Positions 26,230 to 37,799 of a stretch of 64,000 nucleotides of DNA are shown piece after piece. The DNA lies in NCBI GenBank assembly GCA_003427395.1, contig BFEA01000027.1:3238854-3302853 (forward strand), given 5' to 3'. Each line of letters starts with the position of its first letter. Position 1 is the first letter of the stretch. The notes under the pieces were generated by a model, which worked only from the letters and a program-made list of their open reading frames with translations, ran no database searches and was not told the DNA's origin. Position numbers and translations under genes: made by a program. The stretch comes from Chara braunii (taxonomy: Eukaryota; Plantae; Charophyceae).

Positions 26230-26290
26230 GGTAGCTCAGTGGGTTTGAGCTAGGGACTGTGCGGATGAGGTTGAGGGTTCGAATCTGATC
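26230..26290 (+). other. tRNA-derived sequence (Pol III A/B boxes)
   Basis: GGTAGCTCAGTGG...GAGGTTGAGGGTTCGAATC. Confidence 0.5.
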
Positions 26291-29200
26291 ACGCGGGGCA
26301 GATCGTACAAGCATAGCGATAGTTGGGATGCGGGCAGGGATATTGTGGTGGGATAAATCATGCGAATCGGTTACCTTAGGGCTCTGCTTTTGGGGGGCAG
26401 GGCTCCCGGTGGGATGATTAGAGGGGGTCGCGACCGTCCCGTTAGTGGGGGGATCAGGACAGAGAGTCCCGAGGTAGGGCCTCCCTGGGAATAAACCACA
26501 ATAAGCCCAGTCAAGGATAGAAGTAAGAGGAACAGTTGGGGGCCCTAGTACGTACCTATGACTAAGACGGGTGCTATTCCAGAAGAGGACTCTAGGGTGG
26601 ATTTCGCAGTAGGAGCTCTCTTAGGGATAGATGATGGTGGGATAGCCTGCTTCCCCCGTTGAGAAATAGCACACATCCAACAATGATCAGAATAACAATG
26701 GTACAATCACAACAATGCAACTAGGAAGGGGTCTAGGGGGCATTTAAAGGTAGAGGGGCGGATAGGGGCCAGTGCATCTACTGATAATCGGCTAGAGCAT
26801 CTAGGTCGCAATAACAACAACAACGGTATATACAAACAAAGAATCGAACAAATTAGGGGGAATAGGAATGGGTCCACCTATGAGACTTGCAGAAGAACGT
26901 CTATAGCTAGCGCTCGAAATACCCGTGAGACAAACCTCGTCCGACTATGCTTCAATCAGGGCTGCGTGCAGTAAGTGGGGTCCTGCTAGCCCTGGTACCA
27001 GCCGCTAACCTTCTAATATAGCAAACGACTCTCCTTTGAATCAATCGAATTCTGCTGTAATGGCTCGCTGTACCCTCCCTTCTATACTCTCATTCAAAGT
27101 CGTCAAGGTAGTATCGAGGGGACTAAGATAAAAATCGATGGTAATCGATTTTTATCTAAAATTTCAGTCAACTAAGAGGCGGTCGTTCTCCATCACCTGC
27201 GCCAAGTCTTCCGACTTCTTTTGCAACTCTTCAATTGCCGCCTGATTATTGAAGGTCGGCGTGGCTACCCGGTTCACATCTGCCTGCCGACTCCTTTTTC
27301 GCTCTTTCATACGGGCGGACAACAATTTTCTCCACCTCCAATTCCTCCTTCCCTTTCTTTCCCTCTGCCTTTTTCCTTTCGACTTCTGCTAGGCGATCAT
27401 CTACGGCCGCGATTGACAACCTGGTCGCAAATGTCCCACTACCGCAAGTCTGGCCTTTCCCTTCTCCTCTTTCCTTCCTTCTTTTCTTTTCCTTCTTCAT
27501 CACTATCTTCTCCACCATCATCGTCTCCTTCTCCAATCTTCCACCATTTTCTGCTCCTTTGCGGTTTGTCATACCCTTCGTCCCCTGGCTGTAAAGTTTG
27601 CTTGCCACTGGTGGTCTATCACGAGAATGTGAAAACTACGCCAGAATCCCAGGGAAAAGAGGAAACGGAGGAGCGGGCCAGAATCCCAGGGAAAAGAGGA
27701 AACGGAGGAGCGGTTGGAAAAGTACAGAAAAAGCAAGCACACAATGCATTGGGGTAGTCATCCATCTTCGAGAACTCGTACAACAGTCAGTCTGCAGAGA
27801 CCCTCTTCCACAACCCCCTAGACTTTGACGTAACCCCTTAACTTGACTTCTATGCCCGCCGACTCTGACTCGCGTGACTCTAGACCCACAATCTAAACTT
27901 CACCGACGTCTACTTACGCGATTGCCTCAATCAACAGACTCTTCTACAACAGTAAGTTTTGACAACTAAGTTGGCCAACCGGCAAGTCCAGGACAGCCAA
28001 CACAGTCCTCAAGAATTCTTTAACGCTCAGACGGCATGACATGGCCAAGTAGTGTCTCCACCTCCCTAGGTCAACGCTCGTACCCATGCAGTTCACTCGC
28101 ATGCTAGTCAATACCAGTCCTTGGACTAGACGGGTTGCTTAACGAGCGCCCGCCCGTCGCTCAATGCCTGTGCTTGCTACTTTACACGCTTGCCGGTCGC
28201 AGGCATGCCCCTAAACCTCACTCCGACTTAGGACTTACTCGACAACAGCAGGAAGATGACTCTTGCAGCTCAATCCAGGGAAAAACCGACAAAACAGAAA
28301 ATCAGCGTCATACACACGTTATGCACGGCTAAGGGAACTGGATCTGCTGTCATATCTTCACCTTGGATGAACCAGGAAACCCAGTAAGCCACATCAATTT
28401 AAAGAGTAGAGCAGAAGGATCCTTTAGAACCAGAAACCTGAGAAGAATCAGAATCATAGAAGGAGAAATGAACAGTCCACAAACCCCAACTCAGCGTACA
28501 AAACCTAGAGATCAACCCCGTGGAATGGACATGGAAAACCTCAGCCAGCCTCACCCCCATCCAAACCTCACCAAACTGACTGCAATCAGACACGCAGTCA
28601 TTCACACTTCGCATGCATGTAAACAGGCCATACAGCAAACTGGCGACATGCGCCCACTCAAAGCTCAGAGATATGGTAGCCACGGACACAGTTCAGATAC
28701 ACCCTCGATTCAAATGGCTATGGCGCAACAGCGCGTGTACAACACTCTGCTCGTCACTGCGCCTCACTCTGCTGTACACGCTCACTCAACTAGGATCACC
28801 CTGGATACCCCACACGCATCACTCTGCACACTCACACACACACACACCTATACGAACTACGGCAGCTATGGCCGCCAACTACACTAACTACAGCAGCTAT
28901 GGCTGCGCTAACTCCCTTCAGCCCACTTCGACTTCAGGCTCCTCTGCAGACCACCTCACACAAGTCACTGTGGCAGCGCTTCCGCATGGCTTCCGCAGGA
29001 ATGAATGAATGATTGGGCGCTGCCTCTTGCTTTATACTTCTGCAGCTCGTTGGTCTGGCCTTTTCCCATGCCCGTGGTGCACACAGTCCCATGCAGTACT
29101 TGCTTGACTGGACCAGGACTTGCCTAGGACTGGGACTGCTGACTCAGCACGGGTAGACTCCACCACTTGCCTCACCCTAAACGTGGGGAACTTCAAAAGG

Positions 29201-29519
29201 CCACTACTCAGACCTTCCGGAAGGCTGTAGACTTGGCCTTTCGACACTGTAGCAGCTATGACCTTGACCTTTCTGGACTGTAGCAGCTACGACCTTGACC
29301 CTTTGAGAAGTCTACAGTTACGACCTCTAGAACTCCCTAAGACTCCTACCCGACAGGTCTACAGATCGAATCCCCTACAACCTACGGACCTAAAACAGCC
29401 TACCACTGTTTGCGAATACACAGGTCACGGGTTCAAACACTCGGGGGTCAACTCGGTACTGTACATGGGTAAGGTAAGGTCTGGGGATCGAATCCTGGGA
29501 TCTGCATCTGCCTCTGCAA

Positions 29520-30330
29520 AGGTGAAAACCGTTTCATGACCGATTATACACCAAAATTAGGCTACCGTCTCTTCACGAAACCTATATCCATATCCAACAC
29601 TCTTCACAATAGGTGGACAAAAGAGGAACCACAACTATCTAACAACCCTCTTCAAACCACCCTGGACCTCTATCTTCACCACAACTTCCACAAGACCGGT
29701 CAAGGTCAAGATAGCCAGTCTAAGACGGTTAATAGTCTTCAGACTCTTTTCAGAGCAGTGCCAGGTAACCAATGGCTGGCACGCAGACCCAAACAAGAAA
29801 ACAGATCGGAACAAGACTCCTGGTGCAAAGTCTGCAACACCCAATCCATAGAAACCCTAAATCACTGCTTCAGTGCTTGATAGATTGCCCAAAAGCCAGA
29901 TCTATCTGGCAAGCAATCAAGATTTCTTGGAACAAAATCACAAACCTACCTCTTTTAATTAATCCCGCCACACTACTCCTCGAACCCAAACAATCCCCTC
30001 CACTCAAGGGTTGTGAAGCCTTCCTCTCTTCGCTCATTAAGAAAAGCACTCTCTGGACCATATGGAGAAACAGATGAGATAGCACCTTCGATGACCGCCT
30101 CACTTCCCCAGAGAACCCAATCATAGTCAGAAAAAAACAGCTAACAGACACAGAAATCCACGCCCTTTGGAAAAAAAAACAACTCAACCAACTCCCTACC
30201 GGCCACAATAAAAAAACCGGAAAAAAATCAAAAAGTTCATTACTCTCAAACTAGAAAAAGGACAGCTAGGCACAATAATTATTAAATAATGACGGACTCA
30301 CCCTCAAGAACTGGATATGCATCATACTAA
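29520..30330 (+). mobile_element. Decayed L1-like ORF2 C-terminus
   Basis: YTPKLGY, FRAVPGNQWL, WCKVCNTQSIETLNHCF..CPKARSIW, LWTIWRNR. Confidence 0.8.
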
Positions 30331-31151
30331 CAACTCCTAACCAGCTACCACCACATATATCCAGCCACTGCGAATATAGTACCAACCGCATAACACCCGA
30401 CCATCGTCATAACAGCAACCCCCCCCTTCCTCCCCCCCCTCCCTCCCCCCCCCTTTCACACAACTCCTACAACCATCCCTCCTCCATAACCTAAAATACT
30501 ACCGAGTAATCACAAAACCAACTAACACGCCATTCTTCCCACAATTAGCACCTATCTAAATCGCCTTATCCCCCGCCAACCCCCCTCCTATCCCACCAAC
30601 CCCAACTAGAATCTACCTCAGAGGCTCCAAATAGAAGTCCTATCAACGGCTGATACATTCAAGGAACAACCCTCTGAGAGAAGAATAGTGTCAAAGAGTC
30701 CAAAGCCAGGGTTTAGGGTTCTAACCTTAGACGACATCCTCAATCAAAACTGCACACAGGGAGTCAGGACGTAGAGCAAACGGATAAGCCTCATATAACA
30801 GGGAGTCAGGACTAGAAAAGTTTAGACATCTCGCAGGTTAAATCAACAGAGAAATACAGAGACTGAAACGAGACATGATAGTTCCACCAATGACAAGCAG
30901 CATACAGCTACAGTCACCAAGGTCAATAACAGCCTAGAACAGCCTTTTCCTTTTTTTTTTTTTTTTTAATAAATTAAAAATTTTAGCTTAGAAAACAAGC
31001 TAACTTAGGCAGGGGTGAAGATCGGTACATCCTTCTACAAGGAAGTAATCAATGCCGTCTTCATGGCCTCCAAGCCATAAGGGGGAGGAGCGTTAGTGGG
31101 TAAATGTCGTACTTTTTTGACTTGGCGGGGGAATACGAACCGGACTGATGC

Positions 31152-31333
31152 CACCCAAGAGCCTAGCTCAGTGGGTACACCCTTGAACTGTTGAAATACA
31201 GACCTGTGTTCGAATCCAGATGATGGAACTTGACGAGTAAAGCCAACTACTAATGAATTGCTTGGGGCCGGTCAGCTCAATGATAATATCTCAAGGCCGT
31301 CGCCCTTTTAAAAAGAAAAAAGAAAAAAAAAAG
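31152..31333 (+). mobile_element. tRNA-derived SINE with poly(A)
   Basis: A box TAGCTCAGTGGG, B box GTTCGAATCC, A tail; 15-bp TSD GAACCGGACTGATGC (31137-31151, 31334-31348); a relative lies at 40146-40632. Confidence 0.88.
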
Positions 31334-34289
31334 GAACCGGACTGATGCTCCCCAGAATGGAAAAGGAGGCAGAACCTTAAAGCACCAGTACACCACACAT
31401 CGCCCCCCCGGTGTCAAGCACAAAACCCACACCACTTCCGAGGCCGCCATTTTTTTTTTTTTCAACAGCGCCCCACGCCGTGCGGCCCCTCCGAGTTTTG
31501 CTTGTGGCGACAAAAACTCTCTGCAAGGCTGGGGCTGTGTACTTGCGGTTTAAACTTTAAGGTTCTTTTTTTTTTTTTTTTTTTTTTTTAAGGGTCCAAC
31601 GTTAGACAGTCCAGGGAGTCCCCAAAAAGAGGAAAAAGAAGTAAAAGGCTAGGCATTCCCCCTCCACAACCCTCCCCCCTCCCCCCAAGACAGGCATCCC
31701 GAGGGTTGGACAACTGCCCCTCCAGCCTCAGGATATAGATATAGTAATGATATACTCAGTAGAGAAATCCAGAACTTAAGCCTCCGTAATAGCACCCGTA
31801 TCCGCTGCTGCCTTTATTGCCGCCTTTGCAAGTAGTGCGAACTTTTGCCTTTGGATCTACACAACGGCTTGCCCCACCGCCTTTCTTGGCAGCAACACCT
31901 CTTCCAAACCTACCTTGGCCAAACAACCCTCCTCTTCTATTTAGCCTCTGATTTCCATACAAATTCGGCTTCGTTTCGGCTGCATTTGACTTTAATCTTG
32001 GCACAGGTTTTGCCCCTCGAAACGTGCAGCACGAGGGAAAACCAAAGTACAATAGTTTCGACACAAAAAGGCGCTCCAGCTAGAAGCAACACTGTTACCA
32101 AGAATTTGCCAGAGAGACAATTCTCTCTGTACAGGTTTTAAGAACCCAGGACTCCAGGAGGCAATTCTCTTCAAAATCTGCAACAATCTGACATAGAGAC
32201 TTGAACGCCAAGAACACGGTCAGAACCCTGGCCAGGAACGCGTCAACGCACTTGATTCACCAATCCACTTGCAAACAGTGTGGAGGGGGTGTAGGACATA
32301 AACTTACTTGGTCCAGTTGATGGAGGCCTCAGAGGATAAGGTGTGTGAGGCCGTACTCACACGAGCACTCCCCTAAATGTATCGGACAGATTCTGACTTC
32401 AATTACGGCCAAACCTGGATGCATTTGACTGCAATCACGTCCAGATATCAGCCAGAAAAGGCCTAGTGTGAGTATGCCCTGAGTAAGTAGGGAAAAAGTT
32501 TGATAAACTGACTTGTTCAGTGGAGGCCTCAAAACAACATGCAATATGGAAACAGAACTCCAAAACTCATTCAATGATTTTTTTATCCTAACAGCTACCA
32601 GCAGATCATCTGCTCCCCCGCCCCCCCACCCCGCCCGGCCTCCCTGCCCCCTCCCCGCTGTTCCCCCCGCTGTTCCCCCCGCTCTTCCCTTTGGCATTAT
32701 TATGCCTTAAATTGTCCAAGAGAATTTTCATGTAAATGTAATGACCCGCCATAACACAGACTGAGAACTGCTGATTTCTGAAGTTCTGCCGATGGAATGG
32801 ATCCCTTGCTGAGATTCCCGCATTCTGCTGTGTTTTCTAAGTCTGCATGTGTGCGTGCCTGTTGACTTGCGTGCCTGTCTGAGTGCTTGTCGGCATGAGT
32901 GTGTGTGTGACCCGTAAGGGTACTTGCTTGTTTGGCAGGCCCGTAGGGCCGGTACTTACCTGTGGCCGTGGCATTGAGGGTTGCAGCAGGGAAAACACTC
33001 AAGTAGCGGGGCCAGGGGCCAGCGGTGCTTAGAGCAGCGGAAAAACACTCGAGTAGCAGGCTGGAGTAGCGCTGGGTACTACAGCGCTGCTGGGAGGAAG
33101 AAGCCGGGAGCTTCCACCATGGCTATGGTGGAGCTCTACCGGTAGGAGGAGGGAGAAGGGGACCAAGGAGGAGAGTGGTGGGGTACTTACCTGGCTGTGG
33201 TAGACACCATCTTCATCACCTTGTTAGGCGCTGCATCTGGAAGGCCCCAGTGGGGGTAGTGCCGCATCAAGGAAGCTCGGGACAGAGTCAGGCATGGCGG
33301 TTGAGTGAGCAGCGGCATAGCTGCATGGAGTTGACTTGGGGACAGAAGGGCAGCGACATAGCTGCTTTGGGTTTGTCCTTTGGACAGGAGGGAGAGCCCT
33401 CAGTACTCCGCCATAGCCTTGGCATGTATGTAGAGGAAGAGGAAGGGTGGCCATGGCTATGGTGGACCTCATGTTGTGCCTGCAGTAGAAGTGGGATTCG
33501 GACATTGATTCTGGTTCAGCCATTCNACATTATTATTGTTATTTCTTGTTTGAATAAGAGGGGAGGAGATAAGGAGGAGGAGATTGGTTGGCGAGGAAGG
33601 AGAGCCTTGTCATTGGTCTATGCTGGAGTACATCATCTTCTTCTTCTTTCTTACTTCTTCTTCTTCTTCTTCTTTCCCTCTCTCTCCTCTCAAGTTCATT
33701 CATTTCTTTTTNNNNNNNNNNNNNNNNNNNNNNNNNNNNNNNNNNNNNNNNNNNNNNNNNNNNNNNNNNNNNNNNNNNNNNNNNNNNNNNNNNNNNNNNN
33801 NNNNNNNNNNNNNNNNNNNNNNNNNNNNNNNNNNNNNNNNNNNNNNNNNNNNNNNNNNNNNNNNNNNNNNNNNNNNNNNNNNNNNNNNNNNNNNNNNNNN
33901 NNNNNNNNNNNNNNNNNNNNNNNNNNNNNNNNNNNNNNNNNNNNNNNNNNNNNNNNNNNNNNNNNNNNNNNNNNNNNNNNNNNNNNNNNNNNNNNNNNNN
34001 NNNNNNNNNNNNNNNNNNNNNNNNNNNNNNNNNNNNNNNNNNNNNNNNNNNNNNNNNNNNNNNNNNNNNNNNNNNNNNNNNNNNNNNNNNNNNNNNNNNN
34101 NNNNNNNNNNNNNNNNNNNNNNNNNNNNNNNNNNNNNNNNNNNNNNNNNNNNNNNNNNNNNNNNNNNNNNNNNNNNNNNNNNNNNNNNNNNNNNNNNNNN
34201 NNNNNNNNNNNNNNNNNNNNNNNNNNNNNNNNNNNNNNNNNNNNNNNNNNNNNNNNNNNNNNNNNNNNNNNNNNNNNNNNNNNNNNNNN

Positions 34290-34338
<49 letters not shown>

Positions 34339-35169
34339 ACTCACTTCCTCTTGGTCGCATTTATTATTTTCATAAACAAGTGTGTATCTTCTCATGCTGC
34401 AGATCTCTGTGTTGGCTTTGCATGCTCCCCTCACTCCCTCACAGCTGACTCCCCTCTTTTCCATTCCAAGTTGTTCTCCCCTGTAGTTCTCCATCCAAAC
34501 TGCAGTATCCTGTTTGTGGAATCTTCAGGACATGCCTCACCACTCCATGAAACACCAGAGGACTTGCCTGCCACCTCGATGAACCTCAGAAAGCCAAAGT
34601 CACGAAACACATAGTATCCGTCCTGTCTGCTCTGGTTAGTTATCATTACTTTCTGCATCAAGGGTGCCGAGACATAGGGATGCCCTATGTGAATCTCCCA
34701 GAAAACTGGAGTAGCACAGAAATTCACATGCAAAAGAAGTGCGCCGTCAAAACAACGCACATTGCTCAGTCTATTTAGTTCAGTAGTTTACCATACCAAC
34801 AAAACTCCTCTTTACTACAACAGGGAAGTGGTGAAAGAGACTGAGAATCTGATCCAATCAATCCATATCATTTCAATAGAGATCTGGGTCCATACCTGCC
34901 CAGTACCAACTCTGTGTCGCATGCCTGCCCTATACAGACAGCTCTCCACATTCCCAGCATCGATGTGCAAGCCACTCAGTTGCAAATTATGTCTGTTGCA
35001 GAAAACAGATGCCACCAAAAGAGGGTAGGGAGGGAAGGGAAGGCAGGGTGGGCAGGCGAGAACAAAAAGGCGAAAACAAACGAAAAGGATGACAGCAAAA
35101 CGAATGAAAACAGATGCTTCTACAAGACATCAAGGGGTGTAGTAGGAATGAAAACAGATGCTTTTACGA

Positions 35170-35740
35170 GGCATCGAGGAGTGCAGTATACTGCTCCAAA
35201 ACCTTGAATGAGTGCAGTATACTGCTCCCAAGCCTTGGATGCCGTACCACAAAGAGGCAAACAGATAACTCACAGAGAACAGTACAAACATGATCTTTAG
35301 CAGGGTGTCGACATTCAAATGAGTCGTAAATGATCCGATGGGTTGGCAAGAGAGGAGAGCCCAGAGATGAACAAAAAAAACAGATATCGGGGCAGAAGCG
35401 TTGTGCGCGCCATGACGAAAAATGGTCGAGTATGCTCTGAGGACAGCACATTACGGACAGGCCGAGAATGTACAGACAGGATGAGAACATGCATCCTTTG
35501 TTAGGGGGATGCAGAGAACAGTACAAACAAGATCTCGAGCAGGGTGTCGTACAAAAGCGTCGTACACGATCCGATGGGATGGCACGAGAGGAGAGCCCAG
35601 AGATTAACAAACAGGTACCGGGGCAGAAGCATTGTGCGAGCCATGAGAAATCATTGACAACTATGCTCTGAGGACAGCACAATACGGACAGGATGAGAAT
35701 GTACAGACAGGAAGAGAACCTGGATCGTTTGTTAGGAGGG
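35170..35740. repeat. Local tandem duplications (~45-bp and ~230-bp units)
   Basis: gagtgcagtatactgctcc twice; agaacagtacaaaca.gatct...gatccgatggg.tggca.gagaggagagcccagagat...tatgctctgaggacagcac twice. Confidence 0.75.
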
Positions 35741-36329
35741 GGGGTAGCCTCAATTGATCGAAATTTGAACGGTTTGAGACGAGAGGGACACGAAGAAGCA
35801 ACAGGACGATCGTACTCCTATCCTATCACAAAGAACAGAAAACATGCACCGTAAGAATACATAGTGATGTGCTGGGGTCAAGGGGGAATTTGGAGGATGC
35901 GGAACATGCATTTCACATGCATTTGTGAGGAGAGTAGCCTTGATTGATCGAACATTCCTAAGGTTTGGGGATAGTTGAGAGGCACGCAAACGAAAAAGGA
36001 TGAGCATACAATCCAATCAAAGAAGAAAGAAAACATGCACTTTAGAAATACATGGTGACGTGGTCTATTGGGGCTTTGTATAAATGGGGGGGATAAGTGG
36101 AACACGATCTGGATGTATCTGTGCGACGGTAGGAGGGCCTATTATTATGGTTTGTAATACTTTGTATAGACGTAAGAGGTAAGCGGAACACATTCTGAAT
36201 GAGAACAGTTAGGTAGAGGTGGAAAAGTAACTACAGGGGAATAGGCTGGAACGATATATGGGCTTCAGACATAGGTAATGTAGGGGCTATGTGCCACGAG
36301 GGATATTAGAAACAGGTAACAGGATGTTA

Positions 36330-36628
36330 AGCGGCCTGAGGAACTGGCAGGAGCACCCCTCCCGCACCCTGCCTATCTGAGGGCTGCCCTACTGCATGAC
36401 TGGGTGCTGCCAGTAAGCTTCCTGGCCAGTACGGCAACCCCCCCGAAAAGCTAAGGATAGGGGGGGGGAGGGTTGCTCCAAAACAGTCCCCCCTTGCCAG
36501 GCGTCTAGGGCCACAAGGGACAGGCTGGTCCTCTGTCTTGTCTGTTCACCCACCTTCCTCTTTTCAGATGTAAAAACATGCTTGCCGGTGATGAGCAACC
36601 GGACATAGCCCCCCAGAATAGAAGAAGC

Positions 36629-36660
<32 letters not shown>
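36330..36660 (+). mobile_element. LINE 3' UTR with poly(A), tail family A
   Basis: atgcttgccggtgatgagcaaccggac...ccccccagaatagaag plus a long A tail; upstream similarity to 14700-14880 (ccccccttg.cagg.gtctag). Confidence 0.7.
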
Positions 36661-36662
<2 letters not shown>

Positions 36663-36734
36663 AAGCANNNNNNNNNNNNNNNNNNNNNNNNNNNNNNNNN
36701 NNNNNNNNNNNNNNNNNNNNNNNNNNNNNNNNNN

Positions 36735-36769
<35 letters not shown>

Positions 36770-37799
36770 AAACAAACAAACAAACAAACAAACAAACAAA
36801 CAAACAAACATGGTGACGTTCCGGGACAAAAGAATGTGGAGGATATGGCACATGGGACTTCACAAGACGGCATCATCTTCAAGCAATGAGTTGCACAAGC
36901 AGCTAAGAAGGGCTGCATGTCCTGTGCAATACGACATCCAGGGGCTGAATGTCAGTCTTACCGTGACCATCAATCAGCAAACAAGACACTCAACAACTGC
37001 CGCTCAGCAACTACCCCTAATGACTGGCAGTTCCCAGATCGTTGCGTCGCTCTTGTGCTTCATGAGATACGATGCTCGGCATAGTCTGCAGGCGTCATCA
37101 ACCAACGCTGAGTACATTGTACATCCGTTGTACATTCATATGGCCGATCCTCACTACCCATCCACCAAACACGATTTCCGCTCGGCATTGCACTCTCGTC
37201 CCCACGGAACAGAAGTACACAGCCAGCAGCTCCACGGAACAGAAGTACACACCCAGCAGATTGACGGTCAGCAGCCTGCACACCAGCCACCCGGCAAGGC
37301 AAGCATTTGCTGACGCCAGTGTTCAGAGAAGACCTCAACCTGGATGATTATAGGTCTTCCCCTTAGCCCTAATGGCCTACACCATGCATGCGACTTTGCA
37401 AACGATTGAATACGACATGAGATGAGATGAACACAGGCCTTCAGAAACAGCGTCCACACACTGAACGAATGACTAGCGATCTCCCCAAAACCCTAAGCCA
37501 TGAATGAGAGCTTGCTGCCCAGGGGCATTCCAGCCCACATGAATGGTTGAGCTTTGCCATCGAACTTCAGTGTTCGAACTTAATTTCATTGAGCGATGAG
37601 CGAGCGCTCTTCCAAATGAAATATGGCGTGAGGCGAACGCTGGTTAGCAGAGGACACCCTCAATCAGGTTCTTGGTGTTTCCGACTTCCCTGTCATCCAG
37701 CAAAACTCCACTAGCCAGCTTCATCCCTAAAATGGGAGTTCAAGAACTCAGACACTGCAACCAGCTCAGCTGCAAAACAAGTTCTTCAGCCTCTGTTCA

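Noticed and set aside
30705-30725. Telomere-like TTTAGGG/CCCTAAA units, also near 48482
   Set aside because: Only one or two units, too short to call an interstitial telomere or a regulatory site.
31160-31225. Genuine tRNA genes here and at 25919, 26230 and 40250-40520
   Set aside because: A/B boxes are present but acceptor and anticodon stems do not form; two have SINE bodies with poly(A).
33175-34614. Long ORFs of 214-479 aa, and likewise 54006-54981, 25420-26147 and 36389-36918
   Set aside because: They stay open only because they cross N gaps, homopolymers or microsatellites.
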